A program made the translations under genes and the position numbers. Source: an uncultured Gammaproteobacteria bacterium (GTDB lineage Bacteria; Patescibacteriota; Patescibacteriia; SG8-24). Taken from it: 42,759 nucleotides of DNA. Below the pieces are notes generated by a model, which was not told where the DNA came from, did no database searches, and saw only the letters and a program-made list of their open reading frames with translations. Of the stretch, positions 16,340 to 24,951 are shown piece by piece. Location: assembly GCA_964491475.1 (NCBI GenBank), contig CAZBFO010000003.1, positions 208,534 to 251,292 on the forward strand, in the 5' to 3' direction. The stretch's first letter is position 1. Every line of letters starts with the position of its first letter.

Positions 16340-17011
16340 TCATTTGCCGTCGCGCTTGGGGGCCATGGTGCCGAGCACCCAGTCCGCCAAAGGGACGGTG
16401 ACGTTGAAGTTGTGGCGCTGCATCAGCTTGGGATCGTGATGCCGCGCATGGTGCCGCGACAGCTTGCGCAGCAGCGGCAGCCGGCGGATCGGGTGCCTGA
16501 CCGGCAGATGATACGACAGGTGCGACAGCTCGTAGGCGAGCACGTACGACGCCTGCGTGACCACCGACAGCAGTCCGACGTCCGAACCCAGGACCAGGGC
16601 GAACAGGCTGCACATGGCCATCGACGCCAGCACGGCGCCGAGGATGCCGGCGGAGGGCACCAGCACGAAGGCCAGCTCGCGCCAGTCCTTCAGCGCCATG
16701 GAGTCCTCGCGGTACAGCTTGTGATGCATGACCGTATGCTTCTCGTACAGGACGCGCACCGGCCAGTGCTTGCGATGCATGAGGTGCTTGTGCACGAACC
16801 ACTCGAAGAAGTTCGCGACGACGAGATTGCCGAGGATGACGGCGAAACCGATGAGTCCCGGCCAGTGCAGGCGCCAGGAAGCGCCGGCGATGGCCACGGC
16901 GCAGATGCCGGTGGTCCCGGCCAGGTGGCCGAACGGCAGATACCAGGGGGGCAGCGCGGCCAACCATTTGGCGCGAAGCCGTTCCACGAACGGTTCTTGC
17001 TGTGGTTCCAT
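16340..17011 (-). CDS. Fatty acid hydroxylase/sterol desaturase family membrane di-iron protein
   Basis: EWFVHKHLMH, HTVMHH, YELSHLSYH, HHARHH and NFNVT..DWVLGT His boxes. Confidence 0.82.
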   Translation of the reverse strand: MEPQQEPFVERLRAKWLAALPPWYLPFGHLAGTTGICAVAIAGASWRLHWPGLIGFAVILGNLVVANFFEWFVHKHLMHRKHWPVRVLYEKHTVMHHKLYREDSMALKDWRELAFVLVPSAGILGAVLASMAMCSLFALVLGSDVGLLSVVTQASYVLAYELSHLSYHLPVRHPIRRLPLLRKLSRHHARHHDPKLMQRHNFNVTVPLADWVLGTMAPKRDGK

Positions 17012-17132
17012 GACGAACCCTCGGTGGGAAATGCGGAAAGAACGGACTGCAGTCAGCATAAGCGGCTTTTGGCCGTGCTGTCAATCGTTGCCTCGCCTTT
17101 CGCTAAGCAGGGAATCGCGCTATCCTTTGGGC

Positions 17133-17753
17133 ATGAAAAAGACTTCGCATCATCGAAAAAACCGCCTGGTGTGCAGCGAGCCGGCCATGCTGCCGACTCG
17201 TGAAGGCATCTGGAAGACCGTCGCCTTTTACGATGCCGCCGCCAAGAAAGACGGCCAGACGCATTTGGTACTGACCATGGGCGACGTGGCGGGCGCCAGG
17301 AACCTGCCGGTCCGGGTGCAATCCGAATGCCTCACCAGCGAAGTGTTCGGGTCGCTCCGATGCGACTGCGACGACCAGCTGCACCTGGCCATGCGCGCCA
17401 TTCGCAAGGCAGGCAAGGGCGCGCTCATCTACCTGCGCCAGGAAGGCCGCGGCATCGGCATCTTCAACAAGATCCGCGCCTACCATCTGCAGGACCACGG
17501 CTTCGATACCGTCGAGGCCAACCGGCAGCTGGGCCTGCCGGACGATTCGCGCGAGTACTGCGCCGCCGCGGCCATCCTGCGCAAGCTCGGCGTGGAATCG
17601 ATTCGCCTCATGACCAACAATCCCGCCAAGGTCGCCGGCCTCAAGAGCGAGGGGATCGTCGTGGCCGGCAAGCTGCCGTTGCGCGCCAAGCCCGGAAAGT
17701 ACAACCGCGCATACCTCAAGACCAAGCGCGACAAGATGAAGCACGACCTGTAA
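17133..17753 (+). CDS. ribA: GTP cyclohydrolase II
   Basis: VRVQSECLTSEVFGSLRCDCDDQL, YLRQEGRGIGIFNKIRAY, RLMTNNPAK and YLKTKRDKMKH motifs. Confidence 0.93.
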   Translation: MKKTSHHRKNRLVCSEPAMLPTREGIWKTVAFYDAAAKKDGQTHLVLTMGDVAGARNLPVRVQSECLTSEVFGSLRCDCDDQLHLAMRAIRKAGKGALIYLRQEGRGIGIFNKIRAYHLQDHGFDTVEANRQLGLPDDSREYCAAAAILRKLGVESIRLMTNNPAKVAGLKSEGIVVAGKLPLRAKPGKYNRAYLKTKRDKMKHDL

Positions 17754-17787
17754 AAGAAAAAAGCCTCCGCGAACAGCGGGGGCTTTC
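17754..17787. terminator. Bidirectional terminator between ribA and the GNAT gene
   Basis: A tract plus AAGCCTCCGC-GAACA-GCGGGGGCTT plus TCT. Confidence 0.65.
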
Positions 17788-17791
17788 TGAT

Positions 17792-18133
17792 TCAGGCGAA
17801 GTCGATGCGGAACTCCTTGCCGTGGTCGGCGAAGCCGAGCTTGACGTAGAGCGCATGGATCCAATCGCGTTCGTATCGGCTGGTGGCAACCAGCTTGTAG
17901 CAGCCGCGCCTTTTGGCCTCGTCGATGACGCGCCGGACCAGCGCCTCGCCGAATCCTCGGCCGCGCCACAGGTCGTCTACGAAGACGTCTTCCATGAAGC
18001 CGAACGGCTGCACGTGAAGGTCGTTGCGGAGCAGGTAGAGGTAGGCGCGACCCGCCTCACTGCCGTTCGGCAGGCGCAGCGAGACGCGGACGCCCTCGGC
18101 GTGCACGGTCGACGAAACGAGGGAGTGGCTCAT
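17792..18133 (-). CDS. GNAT family N-acetyltransferase
   Basis: MEDVFVDDLWRGRGFGEALV (AcCoA motif A) and LYVKLGF; ATGA overlap with the upstream gene. Confidence 0.85.
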   Translation of the reverse strand: MSHSLVSSTVHAEGVRVSLRLPNGSEAGRAYLYLLRNDLHVQPFGFMEDVFVDDLWRGRGFGEALVRRVIDEAKRRGCYKLVATSRYERDWIHALYVKLGFADHGKEFRIDFA

Positions 18134-18717
18134 CGCACCACCAGGCACCATTCTCCGCGCTTGCGGTCGGTGCCGGCGACGGGGATAACGTGCGGCAGCA
18201 GCTCCGCCAGGGGCGCGAGCTGCTTCGCGCGGTCCGCCGCGCCGCTGGCGATCAGCGCCACGCGCATGCGCAGCACCGCGTTGAGCATGTCCGACGGGCA
18301 GAACTTCCGCGGTTGCGCCATCGTCGCTTCGAGCGCGGCGACCAGCCGGCCTCCGCAGGTGCGCTCGTAGGCCCGCTCGAAGTTCGTGTCCATCAGGATG
18401 CCCCGGTCGCAGGAGTCGCCGTAGGCGGCGACCGTAAGGTCGTCGAGCCGCGTGACGTCGCCCGCGCAGGGATTTTCGTCCGTCTGCATCGCGGCATGGA
18501 AGAACCAGCAGCGGCTCACCGGAATCTTGAAGGCCGTCCACATGGCGCTGCCGAAGCTGCTGACGCTCAATGCCGTCGGCGGCTTGAGCGGGTAGCCGTG
18601 ACGCGTGTCGAGCTGAATGAACGTCGTCAGCGTTTCGACGGCGCGCTGGGCCGTTCGATCGGTAACGCCGCGTTTCATGAGGTAGTCGTGCAATGCGAGA
18701 TGGTCTGGTACGAGCAT
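18130..18717 (-). CDS. Hypothetical protein
   Basis: Coherent ORF, translationally coupled to the GNAT gene through an ATGA overlap. The start is uncertain (18717 or 18813). Confidence 0.55.
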   Translation of the reverse strand: MLVPDHLALHDYLMKRGVTDRTAQRAVETLTTFIQLDTRHGYPLKPPTALSVSSFGSAMWTAFKIPVSRCWFFHAAMQTDENPCAGDVTRLDDLTVAAYGDSCDRGILMDTNFERAYERTCGGRLVAALEATMAQPRKFCPSDMLNAVLRMRVALIASGAADRAKQLAPLAELLPHVIPVAGTDRKRGEWCLVVR

Positions 18718-18897
18718 GTCTTGCCTTTCTTGCCGCTGGCGATGGGGAAGCAAGGAACGGACGGCATCGGTCACGGGTGCCGCATCGGCACAGTGAAGGG
18801 CAAAACTGGCCAAAAGTCAAGAAGGTTCCGAAGAGGCTGACTCTGCTTTTTTACCTTATATAAGCCTTTTTTTGATGGCTGAACTCGCCTGTCAGGG

Positions 18898-18926
18898 TTG
18901 ACAAAACCCCGTTTTTGTGGTAGATT
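18898..18926 (+). promoter_or_regulatory. Near-consensus sigma70 promoter
   Basis: TTGACA-17 nt-TAGATT with extended TG at 18918. Confidence 0.75.
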
Positions 18927-18985
18927 TTCACGTTCCCATGCATTGGTGCTTGGGATGCTCGTTCAATGAATACAGGAGGAAATCG

Positions 18986-19918
18986 ATGACAAAGCATACG
19001 CTCGGCGTGACTGCGGCTCCCGTCTCCGAACGGATCGAGTCTTCCCGCAAGCCGGTCAGTTCCGGCCACTACAGGATCGTCGACGGCATCGACATGACCG
19101 GCGTATACCCGCCGGTGACCATCGCCGACAAGAGGATATCGTCGGGCAACATCCCGGCGGTCCTCGATCCGGCGCTGGCCAGCAAGCGGACGCTGATCGG
19201 CCTCGAAGCCGCCACGCTGCCGGCGCTTCCGGCAGTCACCGTCGAAGCAGGGCCCGGCACCGTGCAGGTGCCGACGCGCTTCTCGAAACCGCCGTCCCGG
19301 AAGCAGACGGTGCTGGGGCTCGACATCAGCAACGAGCTTGCCGAGCTGCAGAAGCGGCGCGGGGAAGAATCGCAACGCCAAAAGGCGCTGCAGGACTTCC
19401 TCGCCAAGCTCGAGGCACAGCCCTTCGTGCAGCGGAGGGCGGACGAAAACACTGCCAAGACCGTCGCTGCTGTCGTCGTCGGGTTCGACCCGAAGCGTCG
19501 CCGGCACTGCGTCGACGTCGTCTCGGTCGAGAAGGTGCTGCATCACATGATGGAGTCCTCGCTGCCCCACAGCGTCGTCAGGGGCATCATGGGCGCCGTC
19601 AGGGAGCAGTTCGACATGGTCGAGCGCGGCGTGGTCGAAATCGTCCACGCGGCGAACGACAGCCAGACGGTGCTTCCCGCCGACGTCTGCGATCGCCTCA
19701 AGGCCGTCGCTGCCAAGATGGCGGAGTCGCTCGACTTCGAGACGAAGCTGCTGGTCGACGCGTCGACCGCGGTCATCTCGTACCGGGCGGCCGCGGTGCA
19801 GCAGGCCAAGGCCATCCTGGACGGCAAGGGCACGGAAGGCATGTGGTCGCTGTTCGAGCGCGGATGGATTCCGCTGGGCATCGGCCGCGACAACAGCTTC
19901 CGGGTCATCGTGAAGTAG
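18986..19918 (+). CDS. Hypothetical protein (low-complexity N-half, helical C-half)
   Basis: SD AGGAGGA, own promoter and own terminator (GGGAGAGGC/GCCTCTCCC near 19931-19957). Confidence 0.7.
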   Translation: MTKHTLGVTAAPVSERIESSRKPVSSGHYRIVDGIDMTGVYPPVTIADKRISSGNIPAVLDPALASKRTLIGLEAATLPALPAVTVEAGPGTVQVPTRFSKPPSRKQTVLGLDISNELAELQKRRGEESQRQKALQDFLAKLEAQPFVQRRADENTAKTVAAVVVGFDPKRRRHCVDVVSVEKVLHHMMESSLPHSVVRGIMGAVREQFDMVERGVVEIVHAANDSQTVLPADVCDRLKAVAAKMAESLDFETKLLVDASTAVISYRAAAVQQAKAILDGKGTEGMWSLFERGWIPLGIGRDNSFRVIVK

Positions 19919-19983
19919 CTCCTTCTTCGGGGGAGAGGCATCATGCCTCTCCCTTTTCTTTTGCCGTGGTATGCTCAAGACGT

Positions 19984-20559
19984 ATGTTCCTGCAGTTCGT
20001 CCAAGTCTTTTTCGCCATCTTCGGCGTGATGGATCCCGTCGGCAACGTGCCGACGTTCCTTTCGCTGACCGCCAAGCTGGAACGGCCGGCGCAACAGAAG
20101 ATGGCCGCGTCCGCCGTGTTGCGCGCCGGCGTCATCTTGGTCGTGTTCGTCTTTCTGGGCAGCGCCATCCTGAACGCCTTTCAGATTTCCATCGAGAGCT
20201 TCCGCATCGCCGGCGGCCTCATCCTGTGCATCCTCGGCCTGCAGATACTTTTCGGGCAGGAACAGGAAGCGGGCGAAGGCGAAAAAGGGGACATCAGCGT
20301 GGTGCCGCTGGCCACGCCGCTGATCGCCGGACCGGGCACCATCACCTCCTCGGTGATCTTGGTGAAGGAGTACGGCTACCTGCTGGTGCTTGCGGCGGTG
20401 TTCGTGAACCTGGTGCTGACACGGCTGCTCTTCAAGTACGCCTACCTGGTGCTGAAGCTGCTCGGCAAGAAGGGCGCGCAGGCCTTCGCCAAGGTGATGG
20501 GCCTGATCATCGTGGCCATCGGCGTGGAGTTCATCCGCAACGCGCTTGGGGCAAAGTGA
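19984..20559 (+). CDS. MarC family integral membrane protein
   Basis: MDPVGNVPTFLSLT, ISIESFRIAGGLIL, VVPLATPLIAGPGTIT and KVMGLIIVAIGVE motifs. Confidence 0.9.
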   Translation: MFLQFVQVFFAIFGVMDPVGNVPTFLSLTAKLERPAQQKMAASAVLRAGVILVVFVFLGSAILNAFQISIESFRIAGGLILCILGLQILFGQEQEAGEGEKGDISVVPLATPLIAGPGTITSSVILVKEYGYLLVLAAVFVNLVLTRLLFKYAYLVLKLLGKKGAQAFAKVMGLIIVAIGVEFIRNALGAK

Positions 20560-20594
20560 AACGCAAAAAAATCCGGCGCAGGGCCGGATCTTTC

Positions 20595-21425
20595 TTATCC
20601 CGCGACGATCTCCTTGCAGGTGTCGATGAGGCTCTTGGTGCGGTCGATCGGAATGCCCGTCGTCTCGGCCAGCGCCGCAGGCCGCTTGGCGGCCATCTCG
20701 CGGCAGAGCATGATGTTCTTTTTGGCCAGCTTTTCCATCTCCCAGTCCTTCATGTGCTCCATGACGGTGATGGGATAGAGCGCGGCGTGGTCGACCATGC
20801 GGGCCAGCGACTCCGACGGCTCGCTCCAGCCGATCAGCTTCATTCCCTTGCAGACGCCGAACTGGTGGGCGCTTTCCGAGAACCTGCCGTTGGTGACGAT
20901 CCAGCCTTCGTGGAAGAACGGCGTCTTGGGGTTGGTTTTCGAGCCTTCGCGCAGGTCGATCAGGCGCGCCCAGGTGGACATGACGTCCTTGAGCGTTACG
21001 GTGTCGTCGAAGCGGTTGCGGAACTTGGCTTCGATCATGATGGTGCGGCTCTTGGTCTTGGCGACCACGTCGATCTCGTGGCGCACGCACAGGCCGATGA
21101 GATCGTCCCTCGGCACTTCGGCGTCGTATTCGTACGCCTTGAGGATGGAGGCGACGTATTTTTCGAACTTGAAGCCGGCCGGGCCCAGGCGGAGCAGGCC
21201 CGAGCGCAGGTTATAGCGGTGGGCGATGCATCTGTTCTCCTTGTGCAGCTCCTTGCGCACAAGCGCGTACACTTCCTGCGTGGTCATGCCGGCCTTGATG
21301 CCGCCGGTCACTTTCTGCACCACGTGGGAGATCAGCTGGTCCTTGGCGCCGATGCGCTTGAGGGTCTCGACGATTTTTTCGGGGCGGAAGGGGACCTTCT
21401 CGCCGTTCGCTTTGATGATGGTCAT
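20595..21425 (-). CDS. ATP-cone domain plus Mrr-like PD-(D/E)xK restriction endonuclease domain
   Basis: IIKANGEKVPFRPEKI..TL ATP cone; GFKFEKYVASIL, HEIDVVA, IEAKFRN and IVTNGRFS nuclease motifs. Confidence 0.82.
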   Translation of the reverse strand: MTIIKANGEKVPFRPEKIVETLKRIGAKDQLISHVVQKVTGGIKAGMTTQEVYALVRKELHKENRCIAHRYNLRSGLLRLGPAGFKFEKYVASILKAYEYDAEVPRDDLIGLCVRHEIDVVAKTKSRTIMIEAKFRNRFDDTVTLKDVMSTWARLIDLREGSKTNPKTPFFHEGWIVTNGRFSESAHQFGVCKGMKLIGWSEPSESLARMVDHAALYPITVMEHMKDWEMEKLAKKNIMLCREMAAKRPAALAETTGIPIDRTKSLIDTCKEIVAG

Positions 21426-21511
21426 AGGCAGGCGGCTCAATGATAACAGATTGGCCGGCCGCGCGCATCCGTTGTGCCGCCGGGCTTTTTTTGTCATCCT
21501 AGTGAGGAACT

Positions 21512-23011
21512 ATGTCGGCAGCCCCGCGGATTTCCGAAGAGGCACGGCAGCGTCTTGAGGCCATCGCCAAAGACGCCCGTTTTGCGACCGTGCTCAAGGT
21601 GGTCGGCGGCATTTCCGGTGCCGAGGCGTACTTGGTTGGCGGCGCGGTGCGCGACGCGGTCATCGGGCGCGGCGACGCGCAGGACCTGGACGTGGTGGTG
21701 CGCGGCGCGTCGCTGGAGGCGCTTTCTGACGCCTTGGCCGAGCGCGGATCGGTAAACATGGTCGGAAAGTCGTTCGGCGTGCTCAAGTTCCGGCTGGAAG
21801 GCGCAGCGGGCGACGTGGACATCGCCTGGCCCCGCACCGAGCGCGCCGGCATGAGCGGCGGCTACCGCGACTTCGCGGTGCAGTCCGATCCCGAGCTGCC
21901 GATCGATCGCGACCTGGAGCGACGCGACTTCACCGTGAACGCCATCGCCTGGCGTCCGGCCGACGGCGCGGTCGTCGATCCGTTCGGCGGCTTGGCCGAC
22001 ATCGAGGCCGGCGTGCTGCGCGCGGTCGGCGACGCGCACGCGAGGTTCGTGGAGGATCATTCGCGCATGCTGCGCGGCATGCGCTTCGCCTGCCAGCTCG
22101 GCTTCGACATCGAGGCAGTGACGTGGCAGTCCATTTGCGCCCGCATGCCGCACATCGACGACCTGCGCGACGGCGAGAACGGCAAGGAGCGAGTGGTGCC
22201 GTACGAGACGGTCGCCAAGGAACTGGTGAAAGCCGTGGATGCGGATCCCGCGCGGGCCGCGCACCTGTTCTTCGAGAGCGGCGCGTTGCTGCGTTTCATT
22301 CCGGAACTTGCGCCGCTGTCATCCTGCGAGCAGTCGCCGCAGCATCATTCGGAGGGGAATGTCTGGATTCACACGCTGCTGGCGCTGTCCAAGCTGCACG
22401 GGCCGGAATTCGCGGAGCTTTTTCCCGGCGAGCGTCCGACTGCCGAGACCGCCATCGCCGTGCTGCTGCACGACGTGGCCAAGCCGGAAACCGCCGCGCG
22501 CAGGGGAGACCAGATCACTTTCTACGGTCACGACGAGCGCGGTGCCGAAGTGGCGCGGGCGGTGGCGCGGCGTTTGCGCTTGCCGAGCGCGGGCATCGAC
22601 GCCGACCGTCTCGCCTGGCTGGTGCGGATGCACCTGTTCCCGAACCTGGTCGACCTGGCCACGGTGCGTCGCACCACCTTGGAGAAGCATTTCCTGCACG
22701 ACGTCATCGCCGGCCGATCGCTGCTGCACCTGGCTTGCGCCGACGCGCTGTCCGCCGTGCGTCCCGACGGCAGCACCGACCTGGGTACGCTGCGCGCCTT
22801 GCTGGACGCGCTCAAGGACATCGGCAGCAGGCGCCAGCCGGACGGCAGGCCCATGTTGAGCGGCGGCGAGGTCATGAGCGCGCTGCATCTTTCGCCGGGC
22901 CCGCAGGTCGGCTCCATCCTCGACATGCTCAAGGAGGCGCAGTTGCGCGGCGAGGTGACCAGCGAGGAGCAGGCGCGCGAGTTCATCCTGGCGCAGCACG
23001 CAAAGGAATGA
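21512..23011 (+). CDS. cca: CCA tRNA nucleotidyltransferase / poly(A) polymerase family with HD domain
   Basis: YLVGGAVRD, DLDVV, DLERRDFTVNA, EDHSRMLRG, HHSEGNVWIH, LLHDVAK and MH motifs. Confidence 0.88.
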   Translation: MSAAPRISEEARQRLEAIAKDARFATVLKVVGGISGAEAYLVGGAVRDAVIGRGDAQDLDVVVRGASLEALSDALAERGSVNMVGKSFGVLKFRLEGAAGDVDIAWPRTERAGMSGGYRDFAVQSDPELPIDRDLERRDFTVNAIAWRPADGAVVDPFGGLADIEAGVLRAVGDAHARFVEDHSRMLRGMRFACQLGFDIEAVTWQSICARMPHIDDLRDGENGKERVVPYETVAKELVKAVDADPARAAHLFFESGALLRFIPELAPLSSCEQSPQHHSEGNVWIHTLLALSKLHGPEFAELFPGERPTAETAIAVLLHDVAKPETAARRGDQITFYGHDERGAEVARAVARRLRLPSAGIDADRLAWLVRMHLFPNLVDLATVRRTTLEKHFLHDVIAGRSLLHLACADALSAVRPDGSTDLGTLRALLDALKDIGSRRQPDGRPMLSGGEVMSALHLSPGPQVGSILDMLKEAQLRGEVTSEEQAREFILAQHAKE

Positions 23012-23040
23012 AAAAGCGGGCGCCTCGAAGCCCGCTTTTC
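23012..23040. terminator. Bidirectional terminator
   Basis: AAAAGCGGGC-loop-GCCCGCTTTT between convergent genes. Confidence 0.8.
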
Positions 23041-23041
23041 G

Positions 23042-23413
23042 CTACTTCTTTTTCGCCTTCTTGCCTGCCGGCTTTTTGGCCGGCTTGGTTTTCTTGGGCT
23101 TCCGCATCATCGCCTGCACTTCCTTCCAGCTGCCCTTCAGTTCCTTGGCCAGGTCTTTCAGTTCGTCTTCGGTCAGCGCCTTCACGCCGCGGTACTCGGC
23201 CACGGTGGTGTCGACGATGCTGCCGTACGCCTCCTTGGTGAGCGAACCGAGTTTCTTGGCGTGCTTGCCGACTTTGGTCTTGATGCGCTCGGCCGCGGCG
23301 GTCACTTCCTTTGCGCTGATGTCGCGGTCCTTCATCTCGTTGATCAGGGCGGCGACGGCGCCGAGCACCGCCCCAAGGGCCAGGCCTTTCACCAGCAATT
23401 TTTTAGCACCCAT
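23042..23413 (-). CDS. YtxH-like small protein (N-terminal hydrophobic helix, Lys-rich tail)
   Basis: GLALGAVLGAVAALI followed by an amphipathic region and a KKTKPAKKPAGKKAKKK tail. Confidence 0.6.
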   Translation of the reverse strand: MGAKKLLVKGLALGAVLGAVAALINEMKDRDISAKEVTAAAERIKTKVGKHAKKLGSLTKEAYGSIVDTTVAEYRGVKALTEDELKDLAKELKGSWKEVQAMMRKPKKTKPAKKPAGKKAKKK

Positions 23414-23531
23414 AGGTGGAGTGTTACGGTTGATGAGTTCGTGCTGCCGCAAGTATACCACTCCTTTTGACGAAGAGGCATTTGGGGGTTAGTCTGGCTT
23501 TGCCTTTTGGCGCAACGCAAGGAGCTACCCG

Positions 23532-24239
23532 ATGAGGCATCGTATCGTCCTTTTCTCCGTCGCGGCCGCCGCGCTTGCGGGCGCGCTGCATTCGCCGCGC
23601 GCAGGGGCGCAGGCGCCGGACGCGGAAGCGCAAACGGCCGAGGCAGTCGCAAAACCGCCCGTGCAGCTGCGCGGTTCGCCCACGTCGCTCGCATACGAGA
23701 ACCAGGTGGCCGACAAGTGGCACCTGCAGCGTTACAAGAACGCCGACGAGCTCCGTGCCGCCGAGAGCGCCGGTCAGCTGGTGCCGATCCGGTCGCACGG
23801 CAGCGTCACCGTCGCCGAAGACATCGGCGACCTCGACACGGCGAACGCAGAGGCCTACCGCTACGCTCGTCCATGGGTCGCCTGGTTCCTCGACGATCTC
23901 GCCGCGGATCCCAGCTTTCCAAAGGGGGCGACCTTCAAGGTCACCTCGCTGGTACGTTCCGAGGTGTACCAGCGGCGGCTGCTCAAGACTTCGCTGACCG
24001 CCGCCAGCGGTTCCACGCCCAGCCGCCGTTCCTCGCACCTCACCGGTTCCACCGTCGACATCACCACCAAGGAGATGCCGGAGCCGCTCAAGGCCTGGAT
24101 GCGCAAGGCGCTGCTCAACCTGGAGCGTGCGGGCCTGGTGCAGGCGACCGAAGAGCAGTACGGCTCGCTCTGTTTCCACGTGATGGTCTTTCCGAACTAC
24201 CAGAAGGGGACCGTGCCCTGCGCGGTCGCCTGCCATTGA
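23532..24239 (+). CDS. Secreted DUF5715-like / peptidase M15-fold protein
   Basis: Signal peptide; VTSLVRS..YQ, SSHLTGSTVDI and EE..CFHVMV (H-x6-D...H Zn set); SD AAGGAG. Confidence 0.72.
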   Translation: MRHRIVLFSVAAAALAGALHSPRAGAQAPDAEAQTAEAVAKPPVQLRGSPTSLAYENQVADKWHLQRYKNADELRAAESAGQLVPIRSHGSVTVAEDIGDLDTANAEAYRYARPWVAWFLDDLAADPSFPKGATFKVTSLVRSEVYQRRLLKTSLTAASGSTPSRRSSHLTGSTVDITTKEMPEPLKAWMRKALLNLERAGLVQATEEQYGSLCFHVMVFPNYQKGTVPCAVACH

Positions 24240-24388
24240 GAGGCTTGGTCCGGCATCATGTCGGACTTTTTTATTCGCGGGGAATCGCGTCGGGGCGCGA
24301 AATGTCGCGGCCGGCCGGTGTTGACAGAGGCCTATTTTTTTGCAAGGGTCTCCGGGTTCACGCGCACCGCGGAACGAGGAGTTCCTTC

Positions 24389-24757
24389 ATGAAGAACCGC
24401 CGTTTTTTGCCGCTGCTGGCGGACCTCTGTTTTATTTTCGCCATCCTCGTCGGCCATTACGCTTTGCCGGCGTATGCGCAGGACGCCCCCTACAGGGCGC
24501 TCATTCAGCAGCTGCGTGACAAGGACGATGCGGACAGGGCGCGTTGGCTGCAAGAGGGCAGGAAGGCCGGGTACTGCGTTTGCGGCGACAGCAACTGCAA
24601 AATGTGCAAGGTCGTCGCGAGGAGGGTTTGGGTACGACCTGACGCCGCAGCCGTTTTGGCCATCGATCTTGGGTTGGCCTGCACGGCGCTTCTCTTCGCA
24701 CTGGGTTGCCTCGCCGCTTATTTCGGCTTTCGGAGAAAAAAGGTTTCCGGTGCGTGA
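24389..24757 (+). CDS. Small membrane protein with a CxCx4CxxC motif
   Basis: SD GAGGAG; two hydrophobic segments flank GYCVCGDSNCKMCK; terminator GAGGCCC/GGGCCTC follows. Confidence 0.55.
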   Translation: MKNRRFLPLLADLCFIFAILVGHYALPAYAQDAPYRALIQQLRDKDDADRARWLQEGRKAGYCVCGDSNCKMCKVVARRVWVRPDAAAVLAIDLGLACTALLFALGCLAAYFGFRRKKVSGA

Positions 24758-24801
24758 TGCACGAGGCCCTATTGGGCCTCTTTTATTTATCCACAGCTGG
24801 T

Positions 24802-24829
24802 TTGACGCACAAGCCGCCCCTGCTATCCT
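24802..24829 (+). promoter_or_regulatory. thr operon promoter
   Basis: TTGACG-16 nt-TATCCT with extended TG (24821-24822). Confidence 0.7.
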
Positions 24830-24835
24830 GAAACC

Positions 24836-24895
24836 ATGTCTCGCATCGTTCGCACCACTACCACGACTACCACGACCACGCGCAAGGCGGGGTAG
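24836..24895 (+). CDS. thrL: Threonine attenuator leader peptide MSRIVRTTTTTTTTTRKAG
   Basis: ATG 24836, nine consecutive Thr codons (ACC/ACT/ACG mix, 24854-24880), TAG at 24893-24895, directly upstream of aspartate kinase. Confidence 0.88.
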   Translation: MSRIVRTTTTTTTTTRKAG

Positions 24896-24951
24896 GTTGG
24901 CGTGCGAGCGCACACGAGCCGATGAACCCCGCCCGGAAGCGGGGCATTTTT
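24886..24951 (+). promoter_or_regulatory. Attenuator: antiterminator (24886-24893 with 24926-24933) versus terminator (24927-24944 plus U tract)
   Basis: GGCGGGGT is the exact complement of ACCCCGCC, which alternatively forms CCCCGC-CCGGAA-GCGGGG followed by CATTTTT. Confidence 0.82.

Noticed and set aside
10417-19918. Prophage or integrative element
   Set aside because: The region is orphan-rich, but I found no integrase, transposase, phage structural genes, tRNA or flanking direct repeats.
24854-24880. ACN run as a simple microsatellite
   Set aside because: Third positions vary (C/T/G) while Thr is preserved, and the run sits in an ORF with attenuator hairpins before a Thr-pathway gene.
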